The notes: generated by a model not told the origin, from the letters alone. A stretch of DNA of 32,259 nucleotides from an uncultured Thermodesulfobacteriota bacterium (GCA_964466355.1 CAYXRH010000003.1:1-32259); one strand, 5' to 3'. Shown: positions 16,103-24,009, numbered from the stretch's first letter. Numbers and translations are program-made.

Positions 16103-16555
16103 TTGACCAGACCGAAAAAAATTAAAATGACACCTCAGCGCCGCGTGATTCTGGAAGAGCTGCAAAAAACTAAAAGCCACCCCCGGGCCGACGAGATCTA
16201 CGACCTGGTGCGGCGAAGGCTGCCGCGGATAAGTCTGGGCACAGTTTACCGCAACCTGGAGCTTCTCAGCGAGGAAGGTCACATCATGAAGCTGAAGCCG
16301 AGCGCTTCTCAAAAACGCTTTGACGGCCGAACAGAGCCCCACAACCACATCCGCTGCACCCGCTGCGGCCGCTTGGAGGACATCCCCCTGGAGCCGATCT
16401 TGAACACCGAGGCGCCGCTTAACGTCTTTAATGGATTTGTAATCACTGGATACCGTCTGGAATTTCTGGGCCTTTGCCCGGATTGTCAGAGAGAGGAGAA
16501 CCAAAGCCCAGCCCCAGAACCGACCGGAGTCAAAGGACCGGGGGTCGAACCTTGA
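16103..16555 (+). CDS. perR: Fur family transcriptional regulator, probably the peroxide-responsive PerR
   Basis: Track ORF starts at TTG 16103; ATG 16127 (MTPQRRVILEEL) is the more likely start. It has a winged-helix N-terminus, HNHIRCTRCGRLEDI and CPDCQ (two CxxC pairs). The PerR call is inferred from the rubrerythrin and desulfoferrodoxin genes downstream. Confidence 0.8.
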   Translation: MTRPKKIKMTPQRRVILEELQKTKSHPRADEIYDLVRRRLPRISLGTVYRNLELLSEEGHIMKLKPSASQKRFDGRTEPHNHIRCTRCGRLEDIPLEPILNTEAPLNVFNGFVITGYRLEFLGLCPDCQREENQSPAPEPTGVKGPGVEP

Positions 16556-16579
16556 AGGAGAGGCTGAGATTTAGGAGAG

Positions 16580-16798
16580 GTGAAGGTGAGTGAGATAGCC
16601 TTGAAAATCAAAGGCATGAGTTGCCAGCACTGCGTCAACCGCGTGGCCAAGGCCTTGGGCGAGGTGCCCGGCGTCGAGTCGGTGGCCGTGGACTTAAAAA
16701 AAGGCCGCGCCTCGGTCAAAGGCGAGCCGCTCGACACAGCCGCCTTGGCTGAGGCCGTAAAAAAAGCCGGGTACGCGGCCGCGCCAATAGAAAGCTAA
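16580..16798 (+). CDS. Heavy-metal-associated (HMA) domain protein, CopZ-like
   Basis: About 70 aa. Start is GTG 16580 or GTG 16586 after AGGAGAGG. It carries the GMSCQHC metal-binding motif and the ferredoxin-like HMA pattern ([17 protein letters not shown]). Confidence 0.8.
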   Translation: MKVSEIALKIKGMSCQHCVNRVAKALGEVPGVESVAVDLKKGRASVKGEPLDTAALAEAVKKAGYAAAPIES

Positions 16799-16821
16799 AC
16801 CTCAGAAAGGAGATAAAAAAC

Positions 16822-17394
16822 ATGGCCTTAAAAGGCAGCAAGACCGAGAAGAACATTCTGACCGCCTTTGCCGGCGAATCCCAAGCCCGCAACCGATACA
16901 CCTATTTCTCCAGCCAGGCCCGCAAAGAGGGTTTCGTCCAGATGGCCGACATCTTTGAAGAGACGGCCAATCAGGAGAAGGAGCACGCCAAGCGGCTGTT
17001 CAAATTCCTGCAAGGGGGCGAGGTGGAGATCGCGGCCGCCTTTCCGGCCGGAGTCATCGGCACCACGGCCGAGAACCTCAAGGCGGCGGCCGGAGGAGAA
17101 AACTACGAGTGGAGCGAGATGTACCCTAGCTTCGCCCGGGTGGCCCGGGAAGAGGGCTTCGATGAACTGGCCAAGGTCTTTGAGTCCATCGCCGTGGCCG
17201 AAAAGCAGCACGAGCGGCGCTATCTGGGTCTTTTGGCCAACATCGAGGCCGGAACCGTCTTCAAGAAAAAAGAACCCATCAAGTGGCGCTGCCGCAACTG
17301 CGGCTACATCCACGAAGGTCTGGCCGCGCCCGAGACCTGTCCGGCCTGCGCCCACCCCCAGGCCCACTTTGAGATGCTGGCCGAAAACTGGTGA
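16822..17394 (+). CDS. rbr: Rubrerythrin
   Basis: 190 aa. The N-terminal diiron four-helix domain has [19 protein letters not shown] and EKEHAKRLF / AEKQHERRY. The C-terminal rubredoxin-like domain has CRNCGY...CPACAHP. Confidence 0.93.
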   Translation: MALKGSKTEKNILTAFAGESQARNRYTYFSSQARKEGFVQMADIFEETANQEKEHAKRLFKFLQGGEVEIAAAFPAGVIGTTAENLKAAAGGENYEWSEMYPSFARVAREEGFDELAKVFESIAVAEKQHERRYLGLLANIEAGTVFKKKEPIKWRCRNCGYIHEGLAAPETCPACAHPQAHFEMLAENW

Positions 17395-17449
17395 CTTAGG
17401 CGAACGAGTTGGTTTCGCCGCGCGTAATTTTTGGAAGGAGGAGAGAACA

Positions 17450-17824
17450 ATGACCGCCAGGTATCAGATCTATAAATGTGAAATATGCGGCAACATCGTC
17501 GAAATGCTCCACGAGGGCAAGGGTGAGTTGGTCTGTTGCGGCCAACCGATGAAGCTTTTCCAGGAGAACACGGTCGACGCCGCCAAAGAGAAGCACGTCC
17601 CGGTCATCGAGAAAGTGGCCGACGGGTTCAAGGTCAAGGTCGGCGCCGTGCCCCACCCCATGGAGGAGGCTCATTACATCGAGTTCATCGAGGTCATCGA
17701 CGGCGACAGGATCTGCCGCCTCTTTCTCAAGCCGGGCGTCGCCCCAGAGGCCGAATTCAAGGTGGCGGCCGAAAAGGTCATCGCCAGGGAGTATTGCAAC
17801 ATCCACGGCCTGTGGAAGGCTTGA
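17450..17824 (+). CDS. dfx: Desulfoferrodoxin (2Fe superoxide reductase)
   Basis: ATG 17450 follows GGAAGGAGGAGAG. The 124-aa protein is [34 protein letters not shown] (desulforedoxin-like CxxC...CC) plus an SOR domain (KHVPVIE..., [23 protein letters not shown]). It is embedded in the longer stop-free track frame 16868..17824. Confidence 0.93.
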   Translation: MTARYQIYKCEICGNIVEMLHEGKGELVCCGQPMKLFQENTVDAAKEKHVPVIEKVADGFKVKVGAVPHPMEEAHYIEFIEVIDGDRICRLFLKPGVAPEAEFKVAAEKVIAREYCNIHGLWKA

Positions 17825-17837
17825 ACCCCAGCCCTGC

Positions 17838-17863
17838 CCGGGGGCCTCTGAGGCCCCCGGTTT
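17838..17863 (+). terminator. GC-rich hairpin between dfx and the flavoprotein gene (terminator or attenuator, or an RNA processing/stability element)
   Basis: CCGGGGGCC (17838-17846), loop TCTGA, GGCCCCCGG (17852-17860), followed by only TTT. Confidence 0.45.
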
Positions 17864-17877
17864 GAAGTCAAGGGAGC

Positions 17878-18474
17878 ATGATGGCCCAGATGAACGTCTT
17901 GGGCATTTACGGCAGCCCCCGCGCCGGCGGAAACTCGGACCTGCTTCTGGATGAAGCTTTAGCCGGAGCCGCCGCCGCCGGGGCCAGGGTGGAGAGGATT
18001 TATGTCCGCCAACTGGGCATCTCCGGCTGCCTGGAGTGCGGCGGGTGCGACCAGACCGGCCAATGCGTCATCGACGACGACATGCAGCTCGTCTACCCCA
18101 AGCTGGAAAAGGCGCGGTTGATCTTCATGGCCTCGCCCATCTTTTTCTACGGCCTGCCGGCCCAGCTCAAGGCCCTCGTCGACCGCGGCCAGGCCCAGTG
18201 GTCCAAGCGGCTTCTGGAAAAAAATCCGGGCCGAAGAGGCGATCACCTAGGCGGCCTCGGATGCCTCATCGCCGTGGGAGCGACCAAGGGCCGAAACCTT
18301 TTTGACGGGGCCAAGCTCACGGCCAAGTACTTCTTCGACGCCCTGGACATGGATTATCAAGACGGGCTTTTTTATCATCAAATCGAGGGCCAGGGAGAGA
18401 TCCTCAAGCACCAGGATTACCTGGCTCAGGCCTTTGAGCTGGGCCGAACGCTCGTCGAGCAGGCCGACGCCTGA
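17878..18474 (+). CDS. NADPH-dependent FMN reductase family / iron-sulfur flavoprotein (Isf-like)
   Basis: 198 aa. NVLGIYGSPRAGGNSDLL is the flavodoxin-like N-terminus. The compact cluster motif CLECGGCDQTGQC (C-x2-C-x2-C-x5-C) is as in Isf proteins. Alternative starts are ATG 17881 and 17890. Confidence 0.8.
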   Translation: MMAQMNVLGIYGSPRAGGNSDLLLDEALAGAAAAGARVERIYVRQLGISGCLECGGCDQTGQCVIDDDMQLVYPKLEKARLIFMASPIFFYGLPAQLKALVDRGQAQWSKRLLEKNPGRRGDHLGGLGCLIAVGATKGRNLFDGAKLTAKYFFDALDMDYQDGLFYHQIEGQGEILKHQDYLAQAFELGRTLVEQADA

Positions 18475-18499
18475 GACCCATCAAGAAAGGACGCCGATC

Positions 18500-18940
18500 A
18501 TGCCCAAAGCCCTGATCGTTTACGCTTCCCGCAGCGGTCACACCCAAATGATCGCTGATCTCATCGCCGAAGGCATCCGCATGTCGGGCATGGAGGCCTT
18601 CGTGCTCGAGGCCGGCCAGATTAAATCCGAGTCTGATCTGGCCGGCTACGACGCCTACGCCTTTGGCTCGCCGACCTACCACGGGGACATGCTGCCGCTG
18701 ATGAAGACCTTCCTCTTCCTGGCCGAAAAAGCCGACCTGGCTGGAAAGGTCGGCGGCGCCTTCGGCGCCTTTGGCTGGAGCGGCGAGGCCGGGGAGAGGA
18801 TCCACCAGACCATGCGCCACATTTTCAAAATGAACATGCTCAGCGATCCGCTGCGGCTCAAGTCAGCCTCCCTGGACGGCGGCATACCCATGGCCCAGGA
18901 CTACGGCCGGCAAATGGCCCGCCAGCTGGGCGCCCCGTGA
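18500..18940 (+). CDS. Flavodoxin (short-chain)
   Basis: ATG 18500 follows GAAAGGA. The 146-aa protein has ALIVYASRSGHTQMIADLI (FMN phosphate loop), GSPTYHG and GAFGAFGWSGEAGE. The upstream part of track ORF 18302..18940 overlaps the preceding gene and is not coding. Confidence 0.88.
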   Translation: MPKALIVYASRSGHTQMIADLIAEGIRMSGMEAFVLEAGQIKSESDLAGYDAYAFGSPTYHGDMLPLMKTFLFLAEKADLAGKVGGAFGAFGWSGEAGERIHQTMRHIFKMNMLSDPLRLKSASLDGGIPMAQDYGRQMARQLGAP

Positions 18941-19131
18941 GCGCAACCCCGAAAAAACCCTCGCCCGCGCCCGAGATCGCCCCACACGGCGGGGGGTTAA
19001 ATTGTTCAGTCGGGCGGTTAAAGATCTTACATTCATCCAGGGGCGCTCGCCTCTGAAAATACGTAAAATGTCTGTCGGACAAAACACCAAGTTCGAGTGG
19101 TGGTGATTAGGACACCAGAAGGGAGAGTAAC

Positions 19132-19290
19132 ATGGAAAAGTACGTATGCTCCGTGTGCGGCTACACTTATGATCCGATCGTCGGCGATCCAGAGCACGGC
19201 GTCCCCCCAGGCACCCCCTTTGACAAGCTGCCCGACGACTGGACGTGTCCGGTTTGCGGGGCGGCCAAGGACATGTTCGAGAAGGAGTAG
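19132..19290 (+). CDS. rub: Rubredoxin
   Basis: Not in the supplied ORF track because it is only 52 aa. ATG 19132 follows GAAGGGAGAG. The translation is [52 protein letters not shown], with both CxxCG knuckles and the conserved aromatic core. TAG at 19288-19290. Confidence 0.93.
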   Translation: MEKYVCSVCGYTYDPIVGDPEHGVPPGTPFDKLPDDWTCPVCGAAKDMFEKE

Positions 19291-19515
19291 GCTTCCCTGA
19301 GCGGACCTCGACGTCAATATCGCCTGGCCCCTTTTACCCCCGCGGAGATCTGGGACAGGCAAGGTTGAACTATATTACGGGGCCTAAGCCCCTCGCCCCA
19401 GGAATGAGGGAGGGGGTTTGGGCGCTGAGGTGTGGGGCCTGAGCTCCAGGCTTCAGCCCACGGCCGAGGCGGGGCTTTTTGCGGCCTCGGCTCAGAGAGG
19501 AGGTTTTTAAAAAAG

Positions 19516-20709
19516 ATGAGCGCCGTCGAAATAAAAAAGGGCATCCACTGGGTCGGGGCGGTGGACTGGAACATCCGGGATTTCCACGGATACTCGACCT
19601 ATCAGGGCACCACCTACAACGCCTATCTGCTCCTGGATGAAAAAATCGCCCTCTTTGACACCGTCAAAAAGCCTTTTCAAAGCGACCTGGTCCACCACAT
19701 CCGCCAGGTCGTCGATCCGGCCAAGATAGATTACCTCATCGTCAATCACGTCGAGATGGACCATTCAGGGTGTCTGCCCGAGATGGTGGCGATGATCAAA
19801 CCCGAGAAGATCTTCTGCTCCCAGATGGGGCGAAAGAATCTTTTGAGTCACTTCCACGGCCTGGATTGGCCCCTGGAGGTGGTTCAAAACGGCCAAAGCA
19901 TAAGCCTGGGCCAGCGCAGCGTCACCTTTCTGGAGACCAGAATGCTCCACTGGCCCGACTCCATGTTCTCTTACGTCCCTGAGGAGAAGCTTCTCGTCTC
20001 CTCGGACGGCTTTGGCCAGCACTGGGCCACCAGCGAGCGGTTCGACGACGAGGTCGACGCCTCGTTCTTGATGCGCCACGCGGCCAAGTACTTTGCCAAC
20101 ATCCTGCTCCTCTACTCGCCCCTGGTCCAAAAGCTTCTGGCCGCGGTCAAGGAGATGGGCCTCGAGATCGACATGATCGCCCCGGATCACGGGCTCATCT
20201 GGCGCTCCCAGCCCAGGAGGATCCTGGCCGCCTACGACGAATGGTCCCTGCAGAAGCCCCAGGCCAAGGCGGTGGTGGTCTACGACACCATGTGGCTCTC
20301 CACCGAGACCATGGCCAAGGCCGTGGCCGACGGCCTCGTCAGGGAGGGCGTGAGCGTCAAAATCATGGATCTCAAGGTCAACCACCGCTCCGAGGTGGTG
20401 ACCGAACTCCTCGACGCCAAGGCCATCCTGGTCGGCTCGCCGACATTAAACAACGGCCTGCTGCCCACCGTGGCCGATCTGCTTCACTACCTCAAAGGGC
20501 TCAGGCCGACGGGCAAAATCGGCGCCGCCTTCGGCTCCTACGGCTGGAGCGGCGAGGCGGTGAAGCTGATCAATCAAGCCTTGGAGGAGATGAAGGTCGA
20601 GGTCGTCGATCCGGGGGTGCGGGTCCTCTACGTGCCTCGGCACGAGCCTCTGGCTCAGTGCGTCGAGCTGGGTCGAAAGGTCGCCCGGCTGATAAAGGAG
20701 GCGGTCTAG
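19516..20709 (+). CDS. fprA: Flavodiiron protein (FprA / rubredoxin:oxygen oxidoreductase type)
   Basis: ATG 19516 (MSAVEIKKGIHWVGAVDWNIRDFHGY) lies within track ORF 19432..20709. The metallo-beta-lactamase-like diiron domain has NHVEMDHSG and APDHG. The C-terminal flavodoxin domain has VVVYDTMW, GSPTLNNG and AAFGSYGWSGEA. Confidence 0.93.
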   Translation: MSAVEIKKGIHWVGAVDWNIRDFHGYSTYQGTTYNAYLLLDEKIALFDTVKKPFQSDLVHHIRQVVDPAKIDYLIVNHVEMDHSGCLPEMVAMIKPEKIFCSQMGRKNLLSHFHGLDWPLEVVQNGQSISLGQRSVTFLETRMLHWPDSMFSYVPEEKLLVSSDGFGQHWATSERFDDEVDASFLMRHAAKYFANILLLYSPLVQKLLAAVKEMGLEIDMIAPDHGLIWRSQPRRILAAYDEWSLQKPQAKAVVVYDTMWLSTETMAKAVADGLVREGVSVKIMDLKVNHRSEVVTELLDAKAILVGSPTLNNGLLPTVADLLHYLKGLRPTGKIGAAFGSYGWSGEAVKLINQALEEMKVEVVDPGVRVLYVPRHEPLAQCVELGRKVARLIKEAV

Positions 20710-20724
20710 CTGACCCAGGGAGCC

Positions 20725-21375
20725 TTGAGAAAGGAGGTCATCCGCCGCCTGGCCTCGGGGCGGGGATTGAGCGGCCTGGCCGCCGTCCCGAGCCGCCGAC
20801 TCATCAACGCCCTTCTCTCGGCCACATGCCGGGCGGAGGACGAGGTGCGCTGGCCGGCCATCGAGGCCCTGGGCCGGGTGGTGGCGGAGCGGGCGGCAGA
20901 GGATGTGGAGAAGGCGCGGCTGGTGCTGCGCCGTCTGATGTGGAGCCTCAACGACGAATCAGGGGCCATCGGCTGGGGCGCGCCCGAGGCCATGGCCGAG
21001 ATCCTGGCTGCCCTGCCCGCCCTGGCCCCTGAGTTCGCGCCCCTGCTCATCTCTTATCTCGACCCAGAAGGCAACTACTTAAAGCAGCCCCTCTTGCAGC
21101 GCGGCGCCCTGTGGGCCGCGGCCCGGCTGGCCCAAATCCGGCCCGATTTGGCCGCCCGGGCGGCCGATCATCTGCGCCCCTTTCTGCGCGGCGACGACCC
21201 ACACCTCCGGGCCCTGGCCGCTTGGACGGCCGGCCTCGTCCGGGCCCGGGATCTGAAGCCAGAACTCCAAAACCTGCTCCAAGATGAAGCCCAAGTGCGT
21301 CTTTATCGAGAGGGCCGGTTCGAGGACCTTTGCGTCGCCGAGGCGGCCGCGGAGGCCCTGACCCGTCTGGGATGA
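20725..21375 (+). CDS. HEAT/ARM-like repeat protein of unknown function
   Basis: 216 aa, helical and Ala/Leu/Arg-rich repeats. It contains LNDESGAIGWGAPEAMAEIL. From memory this resembles the family labelled 'DVU0298 family protein' in sulfate reducers; I have not verified that. The start is uncertain: TTG 20725 or CTG 20710, with no clear SD. Confidence 0.6.
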   Translation: MRKEVIRRLASGRGLSGLAAVPSRRLINALLSATCRAEDEVRWPAIEALGRVVAERAAEDVEKARLVLRRLMWSLNDESGAIGWGAPEAMAEILAALPALAPEFAPLLISYLDPEGNYLKQPLLQRGALWAAARLAQIRPDLAARAADHLRPFLRGDDPHLRALAAWTAGLVRARDLKPELQNLLQDEAQVRLYREGRFEDLCVAEAAAEALTRLG

Positions 21376-21412
21376 GAGGACGTGGCTTGAACCCCGACGT
21401 CCCAAAAACCAG

Positions 21413-21441
21413 TTGACAAGGCCAACAAATCAGAATAAATT
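21413..21441 (+). promoter_or_regulatory. Sigma70-type promoter for tRNA-Gly, and possibly for the downstream rimP-nusA-infB operon
   Basis: TTGACA (21413-21418), 17-nt spacer, TAAATT (21436-21441). The tRNA 5' end is 13 nt downstream. Confidence 0.65.
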
Positions 21442-21454
21442 CAAAATCCGCTGA

Positions 21455-21530
21455 GCGGGCATAACTCAGTTGGTAGAGTGCAAGCTTCCCAAGCTTGACG
21501 CCGCGGGTTCGAGTCCCGTTGCCCGCTCCA
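21455..21530 (+). tRNA. tRNA-Gly (anticodon CCC)
   Basis: Manual cloverleaf. Acceptor GCGGGCA/TGCCCGC. D arm ACTC-AGTTGGTA-GAGT. Anticodon stem CAAGC/GCTTG with loop TTCCCAA. T arm GCGGG-TTCGAGT-CCCGT. Discriminator T and an encoded CCA. Confidence 0.95.
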
Positions 21531-21545
21531 GTTGAAGGCCCTTTT

Positions 21546-21591
21546 GGTCCGCCTCTAAAAAGAGCGGACCAGGGACGGCAACTCCCTTTTT
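21546..21591 (+). terminator. Tandem hairpins ending in a T5 run just after tRNA-Gly
   Basis: Hairpin 1 pairs GGTCCGC (21546-21552) with GCGGACC (21564-21570), plus 3 further bp around an AAAA loop. Hairpin 2 pairs AGGGA (21571-21575) with TCCCT (21583-21587), followed by TTTT. Confidence 0.5.
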
Positions 21592-21728
21592 GAGGTTGCT
21601 CCCCTCGAGTGCGCAGGGCCGCGAGGGGAAGCCTACTTCGATTAGCGGATTGGTCTCGTCGTCCAGCGGTCGGGCGGCGTCGGGCCGCGCCGGCCGGAGA
21701 CGGAGCCACAATCCGGTTCACTTCAGGA

Positions 21729-21752
21729 GTGGGCGCGCTGGCCCGCTTTTTT
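21729..21752 (+). terminator. Intrinsic-terminator-like hairpin with a T6 run immediately upstream of rimP (leader attenuator candidate)
   Basis: GTGGGC (21729-21734), loop GCGCTG, GCCCGC (21741-21746), then TTTTTT (21747-21752). Confidence 0.55.
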
Positions 21753-22245
21753 GTTGGACTTGAGAGTGGAAGTGGATTTTAAAAAGCTCGCGGAGATCGT
21801 CAAGCACTTGGCCGAGCCGGCCCTGCGGGCCAACGACCTGGCCCTGGTGGACGTGGAAGTGAAGCCACTCAAGAGGCGCCTTTTGGTCCGCGTCGTCGTC
21901 GATCGCCCCGGCGGGGTGATGGTGGACGACTGCGCCCGAATGTCCCGTCAATTAAGCGACCTGCTCGACGTCCACGATCCGATCCATTCGTCTTACACCC
22001 TGGAGGTCTCCTCGCCAGGACTTAACCGGCCACTGAAAAAAAAGGCCGACTACGCCTGGGCCGTGGGCCGCAGAATCAGAGTGACCACGACCAAGCCCAA
22101 GGATGGGAGAAACGTCTTTGTCGGCCGCCTGGCCGATCTTGACGCCGAGGTCGTGATTTTGGAAACAGACGATGGCGCCGTGCGCCTCAAGCTTGAGGAA
22201 GTGGCCAAGGCGCGGCTGGACTTCGAACCGTTTAAGCAAACCTGA
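21751..22245 (+). CDS. rimP: Ribosome maturation factor RimP
   Basis: Track ORF of 164 aa containing LALVDVEVK, CARMSRQLSDLLD and YTLEVSSPGLNRPL. The TTG 21751 start overlaps the T-run of the upstream hairpin. GTG 21766 or 21772 are more plausible starts. Confidence 0.88.
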   Translation: MLDLRVEVDFKKLAEIVKHLAEPALRANDLALVDVEVKPLKRRLLVRVVVDRPGGVMVDDCARMSRQLSDLLDVHDPIHSSYTLEVSSPGLNRPLKKKADYAWAVGRRIRVTTTKPKDGRNVFVGRLADLDAEVVILETDDGAVRLKLEEVAKARLDFEPFKQT

Positions 22246-22270
22246 CCAGAAATCATCAAGGAAGTCGTCC

Positions 22271-23725
22271 ATGAGCGAGCTTAGAAGGATCATCGATCAG
22301 ATCAGCCGGGACAAGGGCATTGACCGAGACATTCTCGTCTCCACCCTGGAAGACGCCATCCGTTCGGCCGCCCGCCGGAAATTCGGCCAGCACCGGGAGG
22401 TGGAGGTGGCCTACAATGAAGAGCTCGGTGAAATCGAGGTCTTTGAGTTCAAGGACGTGGTCCAGGAGGTGGAGGATCCGGAGAGTCAGGTCTCCCTGGA
22501 GGAAGGGCTGGCCATGGACCCGGAGTGTCAGATCGGGGACCAGCTCGGCGTCAAGGTGGACACGACCGACTTCGGCCGCATCGCCGCTCAATCAGCCAAA
22601 CAGGTCATCATCCAAAGGATGAAGGACGCCGAGCGGGACATCATCTACGAGGACTACAAGGATCGGCAGGGCGAGATCATCTCGGGCATGGTCATGCGCT
22701 TTGACAAGGGCAATCTGATCGTCAACCTCGGTCGGGCCGAGGCCATCCTGCCCGTCAGGGAGCAGACGCCGAGGGAGATTTACCGGCCTGGGGACAGGAT
22801 TCGGGCCTTTGTCTTGGAGGTCAAGCCCATCAGCCGCGGCCCTCAGATCGTCCTCTCCCGGACCCATCCCCAATTTTTAATGGAGCTTTTCAAATCCGAA
22901 GTGCCCGAAATCGCCGAGGGGGTCGTGGAGATCAAGGCCGTGGCCCGCGAACCGGGCAGCCGGGCCAAGATCGCCGTGGCCTCCCGGGCCCCGGACGTGG
23001 ATCCGGTGGGGGCCTGCGTGGGCATGAAGGGCTCTCGGGTCCAGGCCGTGGTCCAGGAACTCAGAGGCGAGAAGATAGACATCGTCCCCTGGGATCCCGA
23101 TCCGGCCAGGTTCATCTGCAACGCCCTCTCCCCGGCCGAAGTGGCGCGGGTGGTGGTGGATGAATCGCGGCACACCATGGAGGTGGTCGTGCCCGAGGAG
23201 ATGCTCTCACTGGCCATCGGCAAGCGGGGCCAGAACGTTCGCCTCAGCTCCAAGCTTTCGGGCTGGCGGGTGGACATCATCCACGAGCGGCGTTACGCCA
23301 AGATCGCCAAGGAAGAGCAAGAGACCCTCATGCGCGTGGCCGGCATCGGCCAGGCCACGGCCAAGCTCCTCGTCGAGGCCGGATACAACACCGCCCGCGA
23401 GCTGGCCCGGGCCACCTCGGACGAGCTGGTCGATATACCAGGCATCAGCATCCGCAAGGCCGAGCATCTCATCGCCGCCGCCCGGGAAGTGGTCGAGGCC
23501 CTGGACGCCCAATACGCCGCCGAAGAAGAGACTGAAGGGAGCGGATTCGAAATCAGATTTCAAACTCAGCCGGCCGCCAGCCCGGAACCAGAGGCGGCCA
23601 AGGAGATTGAGGCCGCCTCCGCGGCGGCCCCGGAGCCTGAAGCGGAAAGCCAGGCTGACGCCCCGGCCGAGGAGGACTCCCCACTGCCACTCGAGACCGA
23701 GCCTGACGAGGAGGAGAAAAAATAG
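22271..23725 (+). CDS. nusA: Transcription termination/antitermination factor NusA
   Basis: ATG 22271 follows AAGGAAG. The 484-aa protein has the N-terminus [30 protein letters not shown], an S1 domain, two KH domains ([34 protein letters not shown]), an HhH region and an acidic Pro/Glu/Ala tail. Confidence 0.96.
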   Translation: MSELRRIIDQISRDKGIDRDILVSTLEDAIRSAARRKFGQHREVEVAYNEELGEIEVFEFKDVVQEVEDPESQVSLEEGLAMDPECQIGDQLGVKVDTTDFGRIAAQSAKQVIIQRMKDAERDIIYEDYKDRQGEIISGMVMRFDKGNLIVNLGRAEAILPVREQTPREIYRPGDRIRAFVLEVKPISRGPQIVLSRTHPQFLMELFKSEVPEIAEGVVEIKAVAREPGSRAKIAVASRAPDVDPVGACVGMKGSRVQAVVQELRGEKIDIVPWDPDPARFICNALSPAEVARVVVDESRHTMEVVVPEEMLSLAIGKRGQNVRLSSKLSGWRVDIIHERRYAKIAKEEQETLMRVAGIGQATAKLLVEAGYNTARELARATSDELVDIPGISIRKAEHLIAAAREVVEALDAQYAAEEETEGSGFEIRFQTQPAASPEPEAAKEIEAASAAAPEPEAESQADAPAEEDSPLPLETEPDEEEKK

Positions 23726-24009
23726 CGCACGCGCCGCAAAGAACTTGTTTCGGCTGCCAGCGCAAAGGACCCAAGCAGGCCCTCGTCCGCTTGGTCCTCA
23801 ATGGCCGAGGCGGCCTCAAATTGGATCTGCCCCAACGCGCCGAGGGCCGTGGCCTCTACGTCTGCCCGCAGCCCGAGTGTTTCGCCGCGGCGGCTAAACG
23901 TCGGCTGCCCGAGAAAATGAGGCGGCGCTGTTCGCAGTCTAGCTGGGCCCAGGTCATGGCCGAGGCGGCGGTGAGATGGAGCGCCGCCGACCAGAAAGGG
24001 GTTAGTTGA
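23722..24009 (+). CDS. ylxR: YlxR/DUF448 family RNA-binding protein (start codon unresolved; coordinates assume ATA 23722)
   Basis: Track ORF 23791..24009 starts at a TTG. The same frame is open from 23707 and reads ...[48 protein letters not shown], which is the full DUF448 signature. No ATG, GTG, TTG or CTG lies between 23707 and the motif. ATA 23722 sits 4 nt after GAGGAGGAG and overlaps the nusA stop. Confidence 0.7.
   Translation: MAHAPQRTCFGCQRKGPKQALVRLVLNGRGGLKLDLPQRAEGRGLYVCPQPECFAAAAKRRLPEKMRRRCSQSSWAQVMAEAAVRWSAADQKGVS

Noticed and set aside
16868-17449. Upstream 194 codons of the 318-aa track ORF 16868..17824
   Set aside because: This part overlaps rubrerythrin in another frame and translates to Pro/Arg/Ser-rich low complexity. 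The genuine desulfoferrodoxin begins at ATG 17450 with its own SD. The same logic trims 18302..18499 (flavodoxin), 19432..19515 (fprA), 22172..22270 (nusA) and 26660..26818 (rbfA).
21047-21721. 224-aa minus-strand ORF spanning the tRNA-Gly gene and the end of the HEAT-repeat gene
   Set aside because: It covers the tRNA and its promoter. It is Arg/Pro/Gly-rich with no recognisable domain, a GC-driven shadow ORF.
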